DNA of 24,000 nucleotides from Oscillatoriales cyanobacterium RM2_1_1 (lineage in GTDB: Bacteria; Cyanobacteriota; Cyanobacteriia; Cyanobacteriales; Microcoleaceae). Below are positions 1 through 6,950 of the stretch, piece by piece; position 1 is the stretch's first letter, and each line of letters begins with the position of its first letter. The notes beneath the pieces are model-generated. The model was not told the DNA's origin and ran no database searches. It saw only the letters and a program-made list of their open reading frames with translations. A program made the translations under genes and the position numbers. Where the stretch lies: NCBI GenBank assembly GCA_012033335.1, contig JAAURB010000012.1, positions 30,717 to 54,716 on the forward strand, given 5' to 3'.

Positions 1-84
1 CTTCCGGAGCAAGCATTCTACATGGTGGGTGATATCAATCAAGTGATCGCCAAAGCCGAAAAAATGAAGTCTGACAATAAGTAG
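1..84 (+). CDS. atpD: ATP synthase F1 beta subunit, C-terminal 27 codons (partial, starts outside the window)
   Basis: Frame 1 reads LPEQAFYMVGDINQVIAKAEKMKSDNK then TAG. This matches the conserved beta-subunit C-terminus, and the epsilon gene follows it. Confidence 0.85.
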   Translation, partial: LPEQAFYMVGDINQVIAKAEKMKSDNK

Positions 85-96
85 AGTTGGAGGAGT

Positions 97-135
97 TTGG
101 AGTTGGATCGGGTTTCTATCTATTTCCAACTCCAA
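97..135 (+). other. Stem-loop in the atpD-atpC spacer (11-bp perfect stem, 17-nt loop)
   Basis: ttggagttgga (97-107) is the exact reverse complement of tccaactccaa (125-135). No clear U-tract follows. Confidence 0.4.
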
Positions 136-141
136 CTTCAC

Positions 142-175
142 ACTTAAGATTCAAACTTAAGATTCAAACTTAAGG
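142..175. repeat. 13-bp tandem repeat acttaagattcaa, two full copies plus a partial; a further degenerate copy lies at 191-203
   Basis: Direct reading: units at 142-154 and 155-167, partial unit at 168-175. Confidence 0.85.
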
Positions 176-348
176 TCAGGTGATTTCCAGGACTTAAGAT
201 ACCGGATAGATGGTAATTTATGCGTTGCTAATACACCATAGGTCACGGCTATTTTTCAAGACATCACCTTAAAAATTTGAGTGAGCCATTCTAACTTATT
301 AGTTCTCACCGTTTTCTATGCAACTTTTGTATTCATAACATTCAACCT

Positions 349-756
349 ATGGTACTAACTGTTCGGGTTATTTCTCCCAGCAAAACTGTCTGGGATGGCC
401 AAGCGGATGAAATTATTCTTCCCAGCACAACAGGGCAGGTGGGAATTTTAACTGGTCATGTCCCAATGATGACTGCCCTTGATACAGGTGTAATGCGAGT
501 GCGGGTTCAGAATGAGTGGATTCCGATTGTTTTACTGAGTGGATTTGCCGAGATTGAAGAAGACGAAGTCACGATTTTAGTCAATGGGGCTGAGCCAGGA
601 AATGACATTGACATGGAAACAGCCCGCACAGCCTATACCAATGCCCTAACTGCCCTAACTCAAGCGGAAATGGGAACGGAGCAGGAAAAAATCAAGGCCA
701 AAAATGCGTTGAAGCGTGCCAGAGCCAGATTTCAGGCAGCGGGCGGTATGGTCTAG
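349..756 (+). CDS. atpC: ATP synthase F1 epsilon subunit
   Basis: 135-aa ORF. The N-terminus [15 protein letters not shown]...[22 protein letters not shown] is typical of epsilon, and it lies downstream of the beta subunit. Confidence 0.95.
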   Translation: MVLTVRVISPSKTVWDGQADEIILPSTTGQVGILTGHVPMMTALDTGVMRVRVQNEWIPIVLLSGFAEIEEDEVTILVNGAEPGNDIDMETARTAYTNALTALTQAEMGTEQEKIKAKNALKRARARFQAAGGMV

Positions 757-867
757 GGATAGCAATTTTATCTGATGGAGTGCTCAACCCCCCAGGGCTT
801 TTGACCCCGGGGGGCTAGATATTGATCATCCCTCGGGTGTATTTTGGGAGACTGGGAAACCTAAAGA

Positions 868-886
868 GGGCTGGGTTTCCCAGCCC
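868..886. terminator. GC-rich palindromic hairpin between convergent atpC and ftsI; candidate bidirectional terminator
   Basis: gggctggg-ttt-cccagccc is an 8-bp stem. On the minus strand it is followed by tctttaggttt. An alternative 9-bp pairing exists between ctgggaaac (852-860) and gtttcccag (875-883). Confidence 0.45.
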
Positions 887-892
887 CTACTT

Positions 893-928
893 GTTGTGTG
901 AAACCTGAGAGTTGTGTGAAACCTGAGA
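893..928. repeat. Perfect 18-bp tandem duplication gttgtgtgaaacctgaga x2
   Basis: Direct reading: copies at 893-910 and 911-928, just downstream of the ftsI stop codon. Confidence 0.9.
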
Positions 929-949
929 TGATCGATTGCAGGTTTTCAC

Positions 950-2026
950 TCATTGCTGCTCTTCCGCTTCATCTAACTCAGGTTCTGATTCAGCCTTTGA
1001 TTTGACCTCTCCAAAATTCGAAGGAGGGATTTGCTTAATACCAATCAATGCCTCCATCACCTCCTTGACAACAGGGGCAGCTACGGTTCCACCGCTGCCG
1101 GATTCAGGTTCATCGATCACCGCTAGGACAACGTAGCGTGGATGATTAACCGAGAGAATTCCCACAAAGCTAGTAATCTTTGCATACTTGGAGTAGCCCC
1201 TCGACCCCACGGCTTTTTGGGCAGTTCCGGTCTTTCCCGCAATCCGATAGCCCGGAATTTGAGCTTCCTTGCCTGTCCCTGCATCCACAGAAGTTTCCAT
1301 CATATTCAGCACGGTAGTAGTGGTTTGGGAGGAAAACACCTGCTTAGGTTCTGGAAGAGACAACTGCCAGTAAAGATGACCTTTACTGTCATAGAGACCC
1401 TTCACCACATGGGGGGTGACTAATTTTCCGCCATTTGCCAGGACAGCCATGAGTTGAACCAGTTTGACTGGTGTTACAGAAAGCCCTTGACCAAAGGCTA
1501 CCGTTGCCGCTTCCACCGTAACGTTCGTGAACTGACCGCGACTTTTGAGGGTGCTCGGAACTTCAAAGGGCAGATCAACTCCCATCATCTCTCCCAAACC
1601 CAGCCGTTGTAGCCCTTCGTAATAGACCTCTGGATTGAGTTTTTGCATGATCCGCACCATCCCAATATTGCTCGAATACTTCAGGACTTCTCCAACACTC
1701 AAGGTTCCTCGAGGGCCGACATAGCTGTAGTCCGCATTTTCGATTGGCCATTTGCCAATCTGAATCCGACCTTCATCATAGACGGTGGTTTCGGGCTGAA
1801 TTGCTCCAGCCTCCAAGGCTAAGGCAACATTGATCGGCTTGAAGGTAGAACCCGGTTCATAGAGATCGGACAAAGCCCAGTTTTTGAATAGATCGAGGCT
1901 AGATTCATAGTACCGATTTGGATCGTAGGATGGATCATTGGCTAGGGCCAGTAGGGAACCATCTACTGCGTCCATCACAATCACAGTTCCCCGCTTTGCC
2001 TGATTTTTTTTGACGTGGTGATGCAA
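950..2026 (-). CDS. ftsI: Peptidoglycan D,D-transpeptidase FtsI/PBP3, transpeptidase-domain fragment; gene appears frameshifted at 2068-2083
   Basis: Carries the SxxK (STFKP), SxN (SSN) and KTG (KTGT) motifs. The frame stays open upstream to 2083 and encodes LTLDTRLQRIARSVL before the listed TTG start. Confidence 0.9.
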   Translation of the reverse strand: MHHHVKKNQAKRGTVIVMDAVDGSLLALANDPSYDPNRYYESSLDLFKNWALSDLYEPGSTFKPINVALALEAGAIQPETTVYDEGRIQIGKWPIENADYSYVGPRGTLSVGEVLKYSSNIGMVRIMQKLNPEVYYEGLQRLGLGEMMGVDLPFEVPSTLKSRGQFTNVTVEAATVAFGQGLSVTPVKLVQLMAVLANGGKLVTPHVVKGLYDSKGHLYWQLSLPEPKQVFSSQTTTTVLNMMETSVDAGTGKEAQIPGYRIAGKTGTAQKAVGSRGYSKYAKITSFVGILSVNHPRYVVLAVIDEPESGSGGTVAAPVVKEVMEALIGIKQIPPSNFGEVKSKAESEPELDEAEEQQ

Positions 2027-2064
2027 GACGGAGCGAGCAATCCGTTGCAGGCGAGTATCTAAAG

Positions 2065-2916
2065 TCAGACGAGCTCCAAATCGTCAAGCTGGACATAGCC
2101 GCTGGCAAGCTGGCTTGGAACCCAGGTACCATCAACAGCCCGCTCAAACAGCAGGGACGGCATGGTGCGCTCTAGCATATCCTGCTGACTATACTCTACC
2201 CCTGCCTGACCCTTGCCCTCAAGATCCACAAATCCGATCACATCAGCAGCAATATCTTCTTGAGGATAGAGCCGTTGCCGATCTTGAATCAACTCCAGAC
2301 CATCAATCCCCTCACTCATGATCCGATTGGCAACGGCTTCAGATAGAGCGGTGGTCACTTTGATGCCGGTTTCTGCCGTAGAGAACTGGGCCAGAAGATT
2401 GGCAGCAGAGATGGCAGTCAAGTCATCTGCCATCAACATCGGCGCAATTCGATCGGCAATTTTTTCTGCTGGGACTTTGAATAGCTTGGGATGGGCATAG
2501 AGGGTATAGGTAATTTGATCCAGGGCCAGAAGATTACCATTGGCATCACTAATCGGTCGCCGGGGTACAAAGGGATGCGATCGCTGATTTTGTTGAGCTA
2601 GGGCCCGCTGTTTCAAGCTTGCCCCTTGAAACACCTGCAGCCGAAATAAATTAGCAGCAAGTCCTAACATCCCCAACACAAGTACGAACCACACGATTCG
2701 CAGGCGCTGCCGATCACAAACATTCCCTGACTGGGCTCGAGTTGGAAGTTCTGACTCAAGGAATGGGGTTTGAGCAGGAATTGGGGTAGGGGCAAAATCC
2801 TGTTCTACCGTGGCATCTGGTTTAACCGAGTCCAAACCCAAGCGTCGAGCCAGGGGTCTTGATCTGAGATTAGGGCGACTGGAACGGAGGGAAATATCTG
2901 AATTGGCATCTCGCAT
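2065..2916 (-). CDS. ftsI: FtsI/PBP3 N-terminal fragment (cytoplasmic tail, TM helix, PBP dimerisation domain), in a different frame from 950-2026
   Basis: TM segment RIVWFVLVLGMLGLAANLF is followed by RLQVFQGASLKQRALAQQ...RRPISDANGNLLA, typical of the class B PBP N-domain. The fragment ends at a TGA at 2065-2067. Confidence 0.9.
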   Translation of the reverse strand: MRDANSDISLRSSRPNLRSRPLARRLGLDSVKPDATVEQDFAPTPIPAQTPFLESELPTRAQSGNVCDRQRLRIVWFVLVLGMLGLAANLFRLQVFQGASLKQRALAQQNQRSHPFVPRRPISDANGNLLALDQITYTLYAHPKLFKVPAEKIADRIAPMLMADDLTAISAANLLAQFSTAETGIKVTTALSEAVANRIMSEGIDGLELIQDRQRLYPQEDIAADVIGFVDLEGKGQAGVEYSQQDMLERTMPSLLFERAVDGTWVPSQLASGYVQLDDLELV

Positions 2917-2929
2917 TTGGGCTATACCC

Positions 2930-3820
2930 TCAGTAAGCTAAAGGCTTGTCAGGCAAAGCAGCAGGTTGCTGATCGGATTCTAAGGTCGGAGTGACCGCCC
3001 TGTTAATCTCGGGACGCAGGGGAGCAGGGTGGAGAAAAATCATATTTGCGGGTTCCCGGGGAACTAATCCAGTATCATCTTGCTCCGTTTCCTGGGCAAT
3101 CTTATGCTTCAAAACTTCCCCCGCTGCTCGCAATTGTTGTTCCTCAGTGCGAAGCGCCTCAAGGGTTTGATATTCCTGGCTCCAGAGAGACTCCATATAG
3201 ACTGTCATACCATAGGCCACCAGGGTGACTCCCACGACGAGACCCGCTACTCCTGAGGAAATGTGCTGACACCAAGTGAGCGATCGCAACCAGACGGGTT
3301 TTGACTTGGGGTTGACTTGAATAATCTTAGGAGATCCCTGGGGGTCATTGTGCTTTAGATCATGACGCTTTGAACCGTTACGCTTTGGGCCATGGCGTTC
3401 TAAATTACGATCATGAAAATTACGATCATGACTGTGATTACGACGCTTCGGGTCATGGCGCTTTAAATCGGGGCGCTTTAAATCGGGGTGCTCCAGGTTG
3501 TTGGAGTTACTATAGTGGCTGAAGTCATCGCGTCTCAGATCGGGGCGTTCTAAACGTGTTAAATCATAGTGCTTCAGGTCATTCCGCCTTGGATGAGTCT
3601 GAGAAGAGCGCATTCGCAGATTAGCAAGTCGCTGATATTTTTCCCGAGCTTGCTCGATAGAAATGACATTACTTTCAGACTGAGTCAATTCTGTAATACT
3701 TGTAGTGGAAGACTGCTCCAGACTTCTTGGGTTGATCAGAAAATCATACTCAAAATCTACTCTAGAAGCTGATGGGGTTACGATGGGACTAAATTGATTC
3801 TGACGAGGGGCAACAGCCAT
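2930..3820 (-). CDS. Bitopic membrane protein: His/Arg/Asp-rich repeat N-terminus, one TM helix, then a coiled-coil-like segment. Candidate FtsL-type division protein
   Basis: The ORF ends 13 nt upstream of the ftsI ATG on the same strand. TM helix GVAGLVVGVTLVAYGMTVYM is followed by QEYQTLEALRTEEQQLRAAGEVLKHKIAQETEQ. I prefer the ATG at 3820 (AGGAA upstream) over the GTG at 3838. Confidence 0.6.
   Translation of the reverse strand: MAVAPRQNQFSPIVTPSASRVDFEYDFLINPRSLEQSSTTSITELTQSESNVISIEQAREKYQRLANLRMRSSQTHPRRNDLKHYDLTRLERPDLRRDDFSHYSNSNNLEHPDLKRPDLKRHDPKRRNHSHDRNFHDRNLERHGPKRNGSKRHDLKHNDPQGSPKIIQVNPKSKPVWLRSLTWCQHISSGVAGLVVGVTLVAYGMTVYMESLWSQEYQTLEALRTEEQQLRAAGEVLKHKIAQETEQDDTGLVPREPANMIFLHPAPLRPEINRAVTPTLESDQQPAALPDKPLAY
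3404..3487. repeat. Two in-frame 15-bp tandem duplications inside the FtsL-like ORF
   Basis: aattacgatcatgaa / aattacgatcatgac lie at 3404-3433 (protein HDRNF-HDRNL). gcgctttaaatcggg x2 lies at 3458-3487 (protein PDLKR-PDLKR). Confidence 0.85.
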
Positions 3821-4090
3821 AGCTTTTAGTTCCTGCACTCAGTTGGAAATGAATGAGAGATTTCATCAGGCGACAGATGCAAAGAGCCGCTTTAGTCTTA
3901 TCAATAGCAAACTCTAGCATTTTACACCGATCTGAGCTATTCTAACCCCAATTTGAGGGGGGTTGCCAGATTGAACCCAGTCAAGTCTTGATGCAAGGAT
4001 TTGGGTCATCGCAAAGGCGATCGCCAGAGTTATTCCGTACAGTCAGACCCTTGACTCGAACAGGCCGACCCCAGTAGTATTAAGCATCTT

Positions 4091-4135
4091 AAACTTTCAA
4101 GTCTCAAACTTTCAACTCTTAAACTTCCAAGTCTC
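4091..4135. repeat. 15-bp tandem repeat x3 (aaactttcaagtctc / aaactttcaactctt / aaacttccaagtctc)
   Basis: Direct reading in an ORF-free intergenic region. Confidence 0.85.
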
Positions 4136-4157
4136 CATTTACAAGGGAGACTTTTTG
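4130..4157 (+). terminator. Weak intrinsic-terminator-like hairpin with a U-tract and no upstream plus-strand gene
   Basis: agtctcc (4130-4136) pairs with ggagact (4146-4152), a 7-bp stem, followed by ttttggg. Confidence 0.3.
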
Positions 4158-4382
4158 GGCTCCAACCCGGCAAAATTTGCTGTATTTGATCGTTATAACT
4201 TGATCTCTGTAATTTCTGGGAGAGCTAGGTTTGAAACCTGAGCCGAATATCAGTAAACTCAGCCACTTTTAAAAGGGCTAAAAATAACGGATAAATCCTT
4301 CAGAAATCAGTATTTTCTGGGTTTTATTCCCTTGAAATTCAGCTTATAAATAGAAGTGTAGAAGTTAATTTCCTCAAGAATA

Positions 4383-4562
4383 ATGTTCTCTTCAATCATG
4401 ACTATCCACTCCAATACTCCTTCCGCTCCAATTACCTTCTATAAACTCAGCCGTAATTTTGTAGGGGGTTGTGTGTTTGTGATGCTGCTGCTGATTGCCA
4501 GTCTGCCCCTGACTCTATTTGCTCTATTAAGCCTGCGGACTGAGGCAGAAATTCAATCCTAG
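4383..4562 (+). CDS. Small hypothetical single-TM protein (59 aa from the ATG at 4383, or 54 aa from the ATG at 4398)
   Basis: Below the ORF-track size cutoff. Reads M(FSSIM)TIHSNTPSAPITFYKLSRNFVGGCVFVMLLLIASLPLTLFALLSLRTEAEIQS then TAG, with one clear hydrophobic helix. It lies 69 nt upstream of the RidA-family gene. No family recognised. Confidence 0.3.
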   Translation: MFSSIMTIHSNTPSAPITFYKLSRNFVGGCVFVMLLLIASLPLTLFALLSLRTEAEIQS

Positions 4563-4630
4563 ATTGATGCGGGAGGGGCATGGGGTTAATGATAAAATCA
4601 ACTGCAAACTTTTCAGAAAAATGCTTTAAG

Positions 4631-5023
4631 ATGCTTGAATTTATCACCTTACCTGACAATCTTTTGCCCCCCGTTGCTCCCTATTCCCATGCGGTCAGGG
4701 CGGGGGAGTTTTTATTTGTTACAGGTCAACTGGCTGAAGATCCGAAAACAGGAGAAGTTATCCCAGGTTCTTTAGAAAGTCAAACCCATCGAGTCATGGA
4801 CAACTTGAAATTAGTCCTTGATCATGCGGGGGCAAGTTTCAAACAGGTTGTGATGGCACGAATTTTTTTAACAGATTTTCGAGATTACGACATTGTCAAT
4901 CAAGTTTATTCTTCCTACTTTGTGGATGGACGTTTGCCCTGTCGAACAACGGTGGGTGTATTGGGCTTAGCAGGACAGGGAAATGTGGAAATTGATCTGA
5001 TTGTCTATTGTGGTGAACCCTGA
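4631..5023 (+). CDS. RidA/YjgF/L-PSP family reactive-intermediate deaminase
   Basis: APYSHAVRAGEFLFVTGQLAEDPKTGEV...MARIFLTDFRDYDIVNQVY...PCRTTVGV is typical of the family. I prefer the internal Met (MLEFITLP) as start; the 17-aa upstream extension looks spurious. Confidence 0.85.
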   Translation: MLEFITLPDNLLPPVAPYSHAVRAGEFLFVTGQLAEDPKTGEVIPGSLESQTHRVMDNLKLVLDHAGASFKQVVMARIFLTDFRDYDIVNQVYSSYFVDGRLPCRTTVGVLGLAGQGNVEIDLIVYCGEP

Positions 5024-5216
5024 AATTTCAAACGCTGCAATCGAACATTGCAACCAAATATTGCAATAAGTCAAATCATATTACATCTTATTTCATCCAC
5101 AGGGCATTCTCAAGCTGTTCTCAATTCCTTTGATTCATACTGGTAAGTAGCATTAGTTTTCTGTGGAACTCTAATGAGATTGTTTTTAATAAATTTTAAT
5201 AAATTTTCAGATTACC

Positions 5217-5501
5217 ATGAAAAAGCCTTCACAGCTTATCCGATTAATTTGGGATTTTTATCGGGAGAATCAGGAGGAATTACAACAACTGAAATCCCTT
5301 GAAAAATGTAAAGTTTTCAGACGTTGGGGGATTCTACACATTCAGTGTATGAATCAAGATTTAGCGGAATCTATCTCTAGAAAGCGAGGATTGCTGAGGG
5401 AACCGGTGTCGCAAATGCGACTGGCTCAAAAAATTAAAATCTCAGTCCGGGATACAACGATTTTGGTATTTAGTGTTGATCCAGATACAATCATCGCCTG
5501 A
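5217..5501 (+). CDS. Hypothetical 94-aa protein, no family recognised
   Basis: ATG-initiated ORF in a visibly AT-rich stretch. A 10-bp direct repeat ttaataaatt x2 lies at 5186-5205. No motifs recognised. Confidence 0.45.
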   Translation: MKKPSQLIRLIWDFYRENQEELQQLKSLEKCKVFRRWGILHIQCMNQDLAESISRKRGLLREPVSQMRLAQKIKISVRDTTILVFSVDPDTIIA

Positions 5502-5698
5502 GGGATTCCATGAGAAATTCCTCTAATGATTGATTAGATGCTCTAGAAGCCCCTGGAGACCCACCCCAGCCAGGGGTAGCGCCCCCCCTATGCCCCTTGC
5601 AAACCATTGAAAATTACTGTAAAAAAAGTTCAGCAAACTCTCCGGAATTCCCAATTAATCATTGGAATAACGGAGTAGTAGATGCACCCTGGTCAATA

Positions 5699-5727
5699 CC
5701 CTCTGCCATTCGTAGAGGGCTTTTTTG
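5699..5727 (+). terminator. Intrinsic-terminator-like hairpin with a U-tract
   Basis: ccctct (5699-5704) pairs with agaggg (5714-5719), with a 9-nt loop, followed by cttttttg. Confidence 0.45.
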
Positions 5728-5767
5728 TATTAATTTTTTTTATCAGTTTTGTGGCTCCAAGATGGAC

Positions 5768-6670
5768 TTACGCATTGAACTTCTGCCGCTCCTGCTGAGC
5801 CTGGGTGAGAATTGTTTCTATCGCTGGCCAATTTTGCTGTTCAATGGCATTGAGGATTTGATCTAACATCTGGCGATAAAGACGGAGGGCTCGGGCGATC
5901 GCTGGGGAGTTATATTGAGCCATCATCGTGCCCAGTTCCGGGTTGCCCCCCCCAACCCGGCTCGTATCCCGAAATCCAGAACTGGCTAACTGATAAGCCA
6001 GTTGGAGAACTGAGGCATCGGATTCCATTTGAATGGCTGTAATCAACCCGGCACTAACCATGACTGGAACATGGGAGATCCAGGCTACAGCTTGATCGTG
6101 GTCGGCGGGAGAACATTGAATCAGTCTGGCCCCCAGCAGGTGAATTAAACCACTCACCTGGTTAATAGCCTGGGGTGAAGTATGGGGTGTTGGAGTCAAC
6201 ACATAGGGTTTGTCTAGAAATAAGTTCAGCAGTGCCGCCTCAATGCCCTGATCTGCAGTTCCAGCCATGGGGTGACCTCCAATAAAATTTGGCCAGAGGG
6301 GCGCGATCGCGTCTATAATAGGCTGCTTCACAGATCCCACATCAGTAATCACGGTATTCGGCTTGAGATAGGGGACTAATTGTTCTACCGTAGACACAAT
6401 TGATCCAATCGGAGTACAAATGGCAATTAAATCAGCATCCGTCAGGGAGTTCAATTCAGTACTGGCAGTGTCTACAATTCCCAGGGCCACCCCTCGTTCG
6501 CCGGTGGATTGACGACGGCTCACCCCCAGAATTTCCAGGTTTGACCACGGTTCTCCCTGAGAAATTTTTGCCAGCCGATCCGCAAACTGGGCCGGATGAT
6601 GACGAATAGCGGAGAGTTCCAGACCAATCGAGCCCCCAATCAATCCCAGACCAACAATTCCCAGCTTCAT
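5768..6670 (-). CDS. tyrA: Prephenate/arogenate dehydrogenase
   Basis: N-terminal Rossmann motif MKLGIVGLGLIGGS. GGHPMAGT and the C-terminal dimerisation region are typical of TyrA. The ATG at 6670 is preferred over the TTG at 6691. Confidence 0.9.
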   Translation of the reverse strand: MKLGIVGLGLIGGSIGLELSAIRHHPAQFADRLAKISQGEPWSNLEILGVSRRQSTGERGVALGIVDTASTELNSLTDADLIAICTPIGSIVSTVEQLVPYLKPNTVITDVGSVKQPIIDAIAPLWPNFIGGHPMAGTADQGIEAALLNLFLDKPYVLTPTPHTSPQAINQVSGLIHLLGARLIQCSPADHDQAVAWISHVPVMVSAGLITAIQMESDASVLQLAYQLASSGFRDTSRVGGGNPELGTMMAQYNSPAIARALRLYRQMLDQILNAIEQQNWPAIETILTQAQQERQKFNA

Positions 6671-6740
6671 AGACTTCAATCGCTCTACCAATAACCTTGC
6701 TTAAACCCATAGAAAACCATTACAGTATTAATTAGATTAA

Positions 6741-6815
6741 GTTTTGTGAATAGGTTTTGTGAGTAGATTTTATGCATAGGTTTTCTAAACAGTTTGTGAA
6801 CTAGTTTGTGAATAC
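6741..6815. repeat. Degenerate ~13-bp tandem array, about 6 units (gttttgtgaatag consensus)
   Basis: Units: gttttgtgaatag, gttttgtgagtag, attttatgcatag, gttttctaaacag, tttgtgaactag, tttgtgaatac. They lie in the divergent tyrA / chorismate-lyase-like intergenic region. Confidence 0.8.
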
Positions 6816-6901
6816 AGCGTTTCTCACCCTGCTGGAGTCCGAAAGTTGGTGGCGCACCATGCTAACCCACTGCCAAATCCATAATTCACAGAATTGAAAA
6901 T

Positions 6902-6939
6902 CGTCGTAAGTTCCGTCAGTAAGTTCTATCAGTAATCTC
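6902..6939. repeat. ~13-bp tandem repeat x3 (cgtcgtaagttc / cgtcagtaagttc / tatcagtaatctc)
   Basis: Direct reading. The array ends 12 nt upstream of the putative TTG start at 6951. Confidence 0.75.
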
Positions 6940-6950
6940 TACAAAAGCCA

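Noticed and set aside
2060-2090. Programmed -1 ribosomal frameshift in ftsI
   Set aside because: There is no X_XXY_YYZ slippery heptamer and no obvious downstream stimulatory structure. Similar 1-nt deficits in two other genes make indel error the simpler explanation.
1935-2147. 70-aa third-frame ORF spanning the ftsI junction, considered as a possible bridge between the two ftsI fragments
   Set aside because: Its translation (…SSDFRYSPATDCSLRLASPRQKK…) has no PBP similarity. The two PBP frames meet directly at 2068-2083, so no bridge is needed.
5597-5866. 89-aa plus-strand ORF overlapping the tyrA 3' end
   Set aside because: It crosses a terminator-like hairpin and runs antisense into tyrA. 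It has no start context or motifs.
142-6939. Tandem repeat arrays (142-175, 893-928, 4091-4135, 6741-6815, 6902-6939) as CRISPR arrays
   Set aside because: The units are 13-18 bp and directly abutting, with no unique spacers. No cas genes are present.
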